Assembly (NCBI GenBank): GCA_963699255.1 | Contig: OY969425.1 | Span: forward strand, 900,001-932,000 | Length of the DNA stretch: 32,000 bases | Direction of reading: 5' to 3' | From: an uncultured bacterium | GTDB taxonomy: Bacteria; Margulisbacteria; WOR-1; CAVSGV01 | In this document: positions 22,198 to 29,100 of the stretch, piece by piece | Layout: every line of letters begins with the position of its first letter | Position numbering within the stretch: position 1 is the first letter of the stretch | Made by a program: the position numbers and the translations under genes | Notes under the pieces: model-generated | The model's input: only the letters and a program-made list of their open reading frames with translations | Database searches by the model: none | What the model was told of the DNA's origin: nothing

Positions 22198-23199
22198 TTA
22201 CCATTTTCCAGTTAGACTAACTCTGTGCACATTATCTTTCGTTAAACTGGTTTGAGTTACATATGCGTAATCTATACTGATGTGGTCTGCTTCAAAACCA
22301 GCTCCTCCGGTCATCGCCTGTTCGCTGTACCCAACCCTGAAAGCGATCTGTCCGAATTTAGCTTCGGCTCCGGCACTTCCTTCAGGAACATAACCGGCTT
22401 TATTGATTTGGCTGACATCACCCGATAATATCATCGGGTTCCCAATTATCGGAACTCGAGTACCAAATGCTAATCCAAGTCTATACTTCGACGGGACTAT
22501 TTCTTCCGTGTCCGTTCCCCACTTCTGATAATTGATCAGTTCATCAATTTTGAAACCTATTGAGAGATTATTTGTCGGTTTATAAAGTAGTCCCGGCGTA
22601 ACTGAATACCCATAGGCGCTGGCTCCTTCGATTGATACCAACCCTGGCATGTCTGATGTTAAATATTTGGCGGTTATGCCAAAGCTTAGATTGTCTGTAA
22701 TATTTCTTCCATAAGCGAGCAGGTACGCATTGGAGAAGTAGCTAAATATGCCGAGATTGACAACCTCGTTATATTCGCTCGTAGAAGAGCCGGTTTGGGA
22801 AACCGAACTCATCCCCACCTGTATCCAACTTATACCTAACCCTCCGCCAAAGAGCGGAGTAACATAGCTTACATAATAATGGTCGGCATTAGTGGATAAC
22901 TTTGTCTGCATAGCCGTTATTTCATTATTGTTTATTTGTGCTAGTCCCGCGGGGTTCCAGAATGGGGCATCAGCGTTATCCGCCACGGCAGTAAAAGCAC
23001 CGCCCATTCCCAAAGCTCTGGCTCCAACACCGGCTTCGAGAACGGCAATATCCAGACCAGCCTGCCCTGTTACTGCGTAACACGGGATTTCCAATGTCCA
23101 ATTCCAAATGACAAATAAAATCCCAATGACCAATATCCAAATTGGAAATTGGGATTGGGTCATTAATTTGACATTTGACATTGGAAATTTGTCATTCAT
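22198..23199 (-). CDS. PorV/PorQ-like outer-membrane beta-barrel protein (paralog of 4995..6287, no TPR tail)
   Basis: 333 aa. The motif VGARALGMGGAFTAVADNADAPFWNPAGLAQI parallels the first barrel. Amphipathic strands run to the C-terminal aromatic ..HRVSLTGKW. The ATG overlaps the stop of the upstream giant gene (ATGA). The hydrophobic leader FPIWILVIGILFVIWNW..PCYA/VTG is encoded by a low-complexity repeat. Confidence 0.55.
   Translation of the reverse strand: MNDKFPMSNVKLMTQSQFPIWILVIGILFVIWNWTLEIPCYAVTGQAGLDIAVLEAGVGARALGMGGAFTAVADNADAPFWNPAGLAQINNNEITAMQTKLSTNADHYYVSYVTPLFGGGLGISWIQVGMSSVSQTGSSTSEYNEVVNLGIFSYFSNAYLLAYGRNITDNLSFGITAKYLTSDMPGLVSIEGASAYGYSVTPGLLYKPTNNLSIGFKIDELINYQKWGTDTEEIVPSKYRLGLAFGTRVPIIGNPMILSGDVSQINKAGYVPEGSAGAEAKFGQIAFRVGYSEQAMTGGAGFEADHISIDYAYVTQTSLTKDNVHRVSLTGKW
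23100..23195. repeat. low-complexity CCAAT/ATTGG-rich imperfect palindrome
   Basis: The sequence is aattccaaatgacaaataaaatcccaatgaccaatatccaaattggaaattgggattgggtcattaatttgacatttgacattggaaatttgtc. The arms AATGACCAATATCCAAATT and GGAAATTGGGATTGGGTCATT are imperfectly complementary around ~23141. It shares a 21/24 match with 11352-11375 in inverted orientation. Confidence 0.35.
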
Positions 23200-26100
23200 T
23201 TTAGCACTGCTATATTCCCTCTTCCCGTCACGGACTTATCCCCATAATTAACGGTTATTTCAAACGGATAAATGCCGTTAAGAACCAAATCTCCCCTGCC
23301 GTTCCTTCCATCCCACTCAACATCGTTATATTTGCTCCAAATACTTGCTCCTTCGGGATTCGTCGTTCCGTCAAGCTCTTTTACTAATGCTCCCGTGATG
23401 TCATATATCCTTATCGTAACTGAATTAGGTTCTCTGCCTAGCCTGTAGCGGATTTTTGTTCTTTCTTTATTAGGATCGAATGGATTAGGCCAGTTGGTGA
23501 CACTTGATAGGCTTGAAGGCAATTCTATCCTGAAAGAGCCAACTTCAGATGTTGAAGCTTCCGAGGTGATTGTTTGCACTCTCCAGTACCAGTACGGATT
23601 GTTTGGAGTGCTTTCATCAAGACCCATAAAGTGTTCGTTCTGGGTATATTCGCATACAGGTTTTGCGGCTGAGACATCGGTTATTGTCGCTGTGAAATAA
23701 TCAAGGCTACCTGAAAGCGAAGTTTCATCGGAAGTTGTCGCGCATTCGATCCTGTAATCCTTAACATTTTGAACCCCGTACCATTTGAATGTCGGGCGGA
23801 GAGATTTAACAGTCGCTTTATCAATCGGGGAGATAAGCTCCGGCGTGCTTGAGCTGGATTGAATAATTATTGGCGTTTGAATGACAGGTTGCTCTATCGG
23901 CATAGACATGGTTGTCATACCAGAACTGGTGAATGGAGCAAAATTGCTCGGAATCTTCTGGAAGAATATTTCTGATGTTCCCGTTCTTGTGTCTTCCCAT
24001 GCGACATAGGCGTTACCGGATGTCTCGCAGACAATAGAGGGTTTGGAAGCTTCACAGTTTGTGAAGTCGTGCATGGTAATTCTGGCAGTCCCATTGCCCG
24101 GACTGCTCCAGTCTATGGAATTGCCAGCGCCATTAACAGTGCCTTTTCTGACATAAAGTTCCTTATGGCCTCCATTTGCATCATCAATATATGCCACATA
24201 GATAGTATTGCCGATCAAAGCAATTGAGGGCATTATGCAATTGCCGGAAGACGAAACAATCAATGACCCGTCCGTTGGCCATGTTTCCCCGGAATTTGTC
24301 GACAGAGTTAGATATATTTTACCTCTTGTATTTCCATTGTTCCTGTAATCCTCCCAGACGACATAAACATTGGTGCCGGCGGTATTCGTTGTAATTGCAG
24401 GATTAATCGCATCTCCATTCCCATTTGAAATCCTAGATTCGATAGGATACCAATCTGACCAATAATTCTGAGGGCCCCAAAGATATGTTGTTCCTCTGAG
24501 AGTCCCGTTTGTTCTTTTGTTATACACGATCTGATTATTGCCAAAGGACGTAAAAGTGGAAAGGACACTATAGTAATAAGGCGGAGGAGGATCATGATCT
24601 TCCGCATAATTGCTCTGCCCCTTATATTCAGATGACCAAACATAATGCGCAATTTTGCCGTTGGAGCTGGAAGCAGATAAAATATCAGGAATACTTTCTA
24701 ATGTTATTCCCGCGTTCCATCCATTATTAATAGGTAATAAAAGACTTTTCTTTCTGTTATATTCTTGCGCTTCATATGTTATCTTAAGGCCGGATCCGGC
24801 GCTTTGATTATGAGGCGCATTCGCATAAACATAAGCGTAATACTTGCCCGCAGGCAATGTTATCGATTTATATTGAGTTTTTGTAACTGTGTCGCCATTA
24901 CTGGTGTTATCCACATACCGCCATGGGCTTGAATCTGAATTATTCATATCCGAGATTTTCATGAGATAGCCACCGTAGCTATTAAGCGCCATCCAATAAC
25001 ACAGATTTAATGTTTGATGACCACTCGTAACCGTGAAAGGAAATTCAAAGTTAAGCCCAGCAGCCCCGTAATCATAATAACTTGCGTAACGTGAAATTAT
25101 TTTATCCCCAAAACTTTCACCTGTTGCATATTTTAAGAATAAATAGCCGGCAGTTTCCTGCAGATTCGGATCGTGCGAATATGAGCCGCTTTCATGGGTT
25201 GTTACTTGTTGGTCATCAGCAATAGATACTGTTTGTGTGATAACAGTATTATTCCCCGCAAGATCGGTCAGGGATAATCTTATCTGATAATTGCCTTCAT
25301 TTACATAATCACTGGGACTGGCATCGTTAAGACCTGTCCAGCTGACATATTTACTGCCGCTTGTCACAGGTTGATTTATTTTAAGTGCGGCTATCTTTGT
25401 CGCGCCGTTCCATACATCTGAATCAAGGGTAATACTTGAACAGGGAACAGTATAACCGCTCGCATTGAAAGAATTATCATCTATCTGATACTCAACCGAA
25501 ATTGTACCGTCAAGATAAGGATTGAAATAACTTCTTGGCTGGCCGTTTGACTTGATCAATATGTTTGATATTTGCGGAGGCAGATTGTCCACATTGAATG
25601 TCCTTCTTGCTTCAGCCGTATTTCCCGCCGCATCCACAGCATACAGCTCTATCGTGCAGGTTTTATTGACGGCAGACGCATCCCAGGGAATTATTGATTC
25701 ATTAGTTTTATTTCCTTCACCCGTACCAAGATTTGTGTATGAACCGTTATATCCAATAGAATAATTCACGTGATTCGCGTCGTAAACGCTTCCAATAATA
25801 TTAATTGTCCCTTTCTGCCATGAACTATCCGGCGGGCTTGTGATCTGCGCCACCGGCGCGACAGTATCAACAACAGCCTGGCTGCAATTTGAGGTTATCC
25901 CTGAAATAATGCTGTTCGTTGCCGGATCGCCTATCATATCAACAGCTTTAACTTCTATTGTATAAGAGCCATCTGATACTACCGTGCCAGATGAATTCTT
26001 TCCGTCCCAAGTGACTTCATATGTTATTCCTGCTTCGCGCGAAACCGAATCCATAAGGGTTCTGATCGTGTTTCCCGACATATCCTTAATTTTCATTGTG

Positions 26101-29100
26101 ACTTTACCGACATTGTAGCCGGACGCCATGATCTTCATCCCGGCGATCTTCATCCCTTTCGATTGCAGATAATATGGATGGACTTCCCCAGTGGTCTCCA
26201 GATTGAATGAAATGACTGTCGAATCCTTTATTCCGTCGCCGTTCGGAGAAAAATACGGGTTACTCGGATCGCTTAATATCTCGCCAAAGCTTAGATAAAC
26301 CTTATCAACCTGTATGCTATTATTGGAAACAAGAGTGGCGGTGTTTCCAAATACATCCGATGCCTTTATGACATATTTATATAACCCCATGTCCGCGTAT
26401 CCATTTCCGTCAGCGTCTCCGTTGCCTCCCCGAATATTTACCCTTCCATCCCACAAGGTATCTCCGCCTGCCGATCCAATAAGGCTACGGACAAGAGTAG
26501 AAGCGTCAAATGTAACAGCGGAGTTGTATATCCTAACTTCTACAGATGATATTGGATTTCCCACATCAGTAACCTGATACTTAATAGTGACATCGTCTTG
26601 CTGACTGTCGCCATTCGGAGTTATCGGCTCTGTGGGACTTATGCCGTTATCCGATATTTTAGGCGGGCCTCTGTCAATGATAAGATCAGCTACGAACGGA
26701 TAAACTGTTCCAGTCGGATCTGTTGCCTGAACTTCCAGCGTATAAGTCCCATCCATAACTTTACCGCCGATCTGGTTATTCAATCCGTCCCAGTTAAGCG
26801 AGTAGTTTCCTTCTCCTTTTGTATCGGTAAAACTATAGACTTTTGTTCCTGTTTTATCATAGATGTTTATCGCAATTTGCGAGTTGCCGGAGATCAAGCC
26901 GCCTTTATAGTCGATCGAATATGAAATAACCGTGTATTCATCGACTCCATCTCCGTTCGGAGAAATCTTTAGCGGGGCCGCCTCTAAGGATATCGTCGGA
27001 CTTTTAACCAATGTAATATCTCCGCCAGTTAATGAGCTGGTATTGCCGGCGCTGTCCAAAGCTGATATTTCGCATATATATTTCCCATCAGGACACATGC
27101 TGTTTGATATATCCTTCCCATCCCACACAAAGGAACCCGTGATGGGCGACTTAATACCAAAACCTGTAAATGTTCTAACTGTTGTTCCTGAAAGCGTCTT
27201 TATTTCAACCGTTGATACGATATTCCCAACCCCACCGCTTACAACATATCCTATAGTTGTAGTATCATCATGACCGTCTCCGTTTGGCGTAAAAATTATC
27301 GGGGCAGAGCTTTCTCCGGTTATCTTTAATTCCGCGCTGACCAGAAGATCAGTTGTATATGAATAAACAGTCCCCGTGGGATCTGATGCCTGCATCTTTA
27401 GCGTGTATGTACCGTCCGGAACAAATCCGCCCGCCTGGTTGTTTTCCCCTCCCCAAGTATATGAATAGCTGCCTTCTCCCTTTGTATCGGCAAGCGAGTA
27501 AACTTTAATGCCGTAATGATCGAAAATATCCATTGCGACTTGCGAATCACCGGAGATCAATCCTCCGTAACTGATCACACAGTACATTGTAGAAGCATTG
27601 GTTATACCATCGCCGTTTGGAAACAATGTTTTTGGTGCCGCATACATGGATATTGCAGCATTTGCGGCAAGAACAATGCCGCCTGAAACTGTTGGAGATG
27701 AATTGCCCGCGGAATCGACAGCCGTGATCTTATATGTATACTCGCCGTCGGGACATGGGTTGCTTGATACATCTTTGCCGTTCCAAGTAAAGGAGGGATT
27801 AGAGCCTGGGGAATAGGGACTAGAAAAGACTTTCACTGTGGTGCCCGCTAATGACTTTATCTCTACCGTTGATACACCGTTTCCGACACCACCGGAAACA
27901 AAGTATGAAATGATCGTAGTATCATCATGTCCATCCCCATTCGGCGAAAATATTATTGGTACAGCACTCTCTCCTGTTATCTGTAATCCCGCACTGACAA
28001 CGAGATCGGCAGTATATGAATACACAGTTCCCGTAGGATCTGTTGCCTGTACTTCTAATGTGTATGTTCCGTCCGGGACATATCCTCCTGCCTGATTATT
28101 CTCCCCGCCCCAGGGATATGAATAGCTACCCTCTCCTCTTGTGTCAGTAAGCGAATAAACCTTTATTCCAGATCCATTGAAGACCTCAATCGTTAATTGC
28201 GAATTGCCGGAGAATAAACCTTCGTAACTGATAGCGCAGTGGATCGTGGCAGTGTCGTCTACCCCATCATTATTCGGGGATATTGTTTTTGGATTCGCGG
28301 ACATTGTTATCGTCGGATTTGCGGCAAGAATAACACTTCCTTCTACACTGGAAGATAAGTCTCCTGTGGAATCTGCCGCGGTTATCTCATATTGATATTT
28401 TCCATCCGGACACAGGTTGTTTGATCCGTTTTTCCCATCCCATGTAAAAGAACACGTAACGGGAGTTCCAGCATCTGAATCTGTAAACGTTTTTACCGTT
28501 GTTCCGGAAAGCGTCTTTATTTCAACGGTTGACACAACACTTCCAAAACCGCCGCTTACGACATATCCTATGGTAGTATTATCATCATGATTATCTCCAT
28601 TCGGCGTAAATATCGCAGGCACGGGGCTTTCTCCCGTTATCTGTAATGGCGCGCCAACAACGAGATCTGTCGCATAATAATATATGGTTCCCGTAGGATC
28701 CGATGACTTAACTTCCAGCCTGTAAGTTCCGTTAGGAACGATCCCGCCGGTTTGATTGTTTTGTCCGTTCCACTTATTGGAATAGTTACCTTCCCCTTTT
28801 GTATCGGAGAAGTAATAAACTATCGTATTTGATCGATCATATATGTTTTCCGTTACCTGCGAGTTGCCCGTAATAAGCTGGCCCTGATAATTGATGTTAT
28901 AGTAAATGTTCATATCGCTACCGCTGGAAGAAATCGTCTTCGGGTCTGCATAAACGATTATGGTGGGATTTCTTATTAGAGTAAGGCTCCCTGTTATCAC
29001 CGATGCCTGGTTGCCGATGCTATCAGACGCGGATATCTCGTACTGATACTGGCCGTCGGGACTCATGTTATTCTGTTCATCCTTCCCGTCCCAAATCTCC

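Noticed and set aside
22016-22255. A 79-aa plus-strand ORF between xis2 and the barrel gene.
   Set aside because: It is AT-rich, has no SD and no recognisable motif, and its 3' end overlaps the barrel gene's 3' end. It is probably a chance ORF in an intergenic region.
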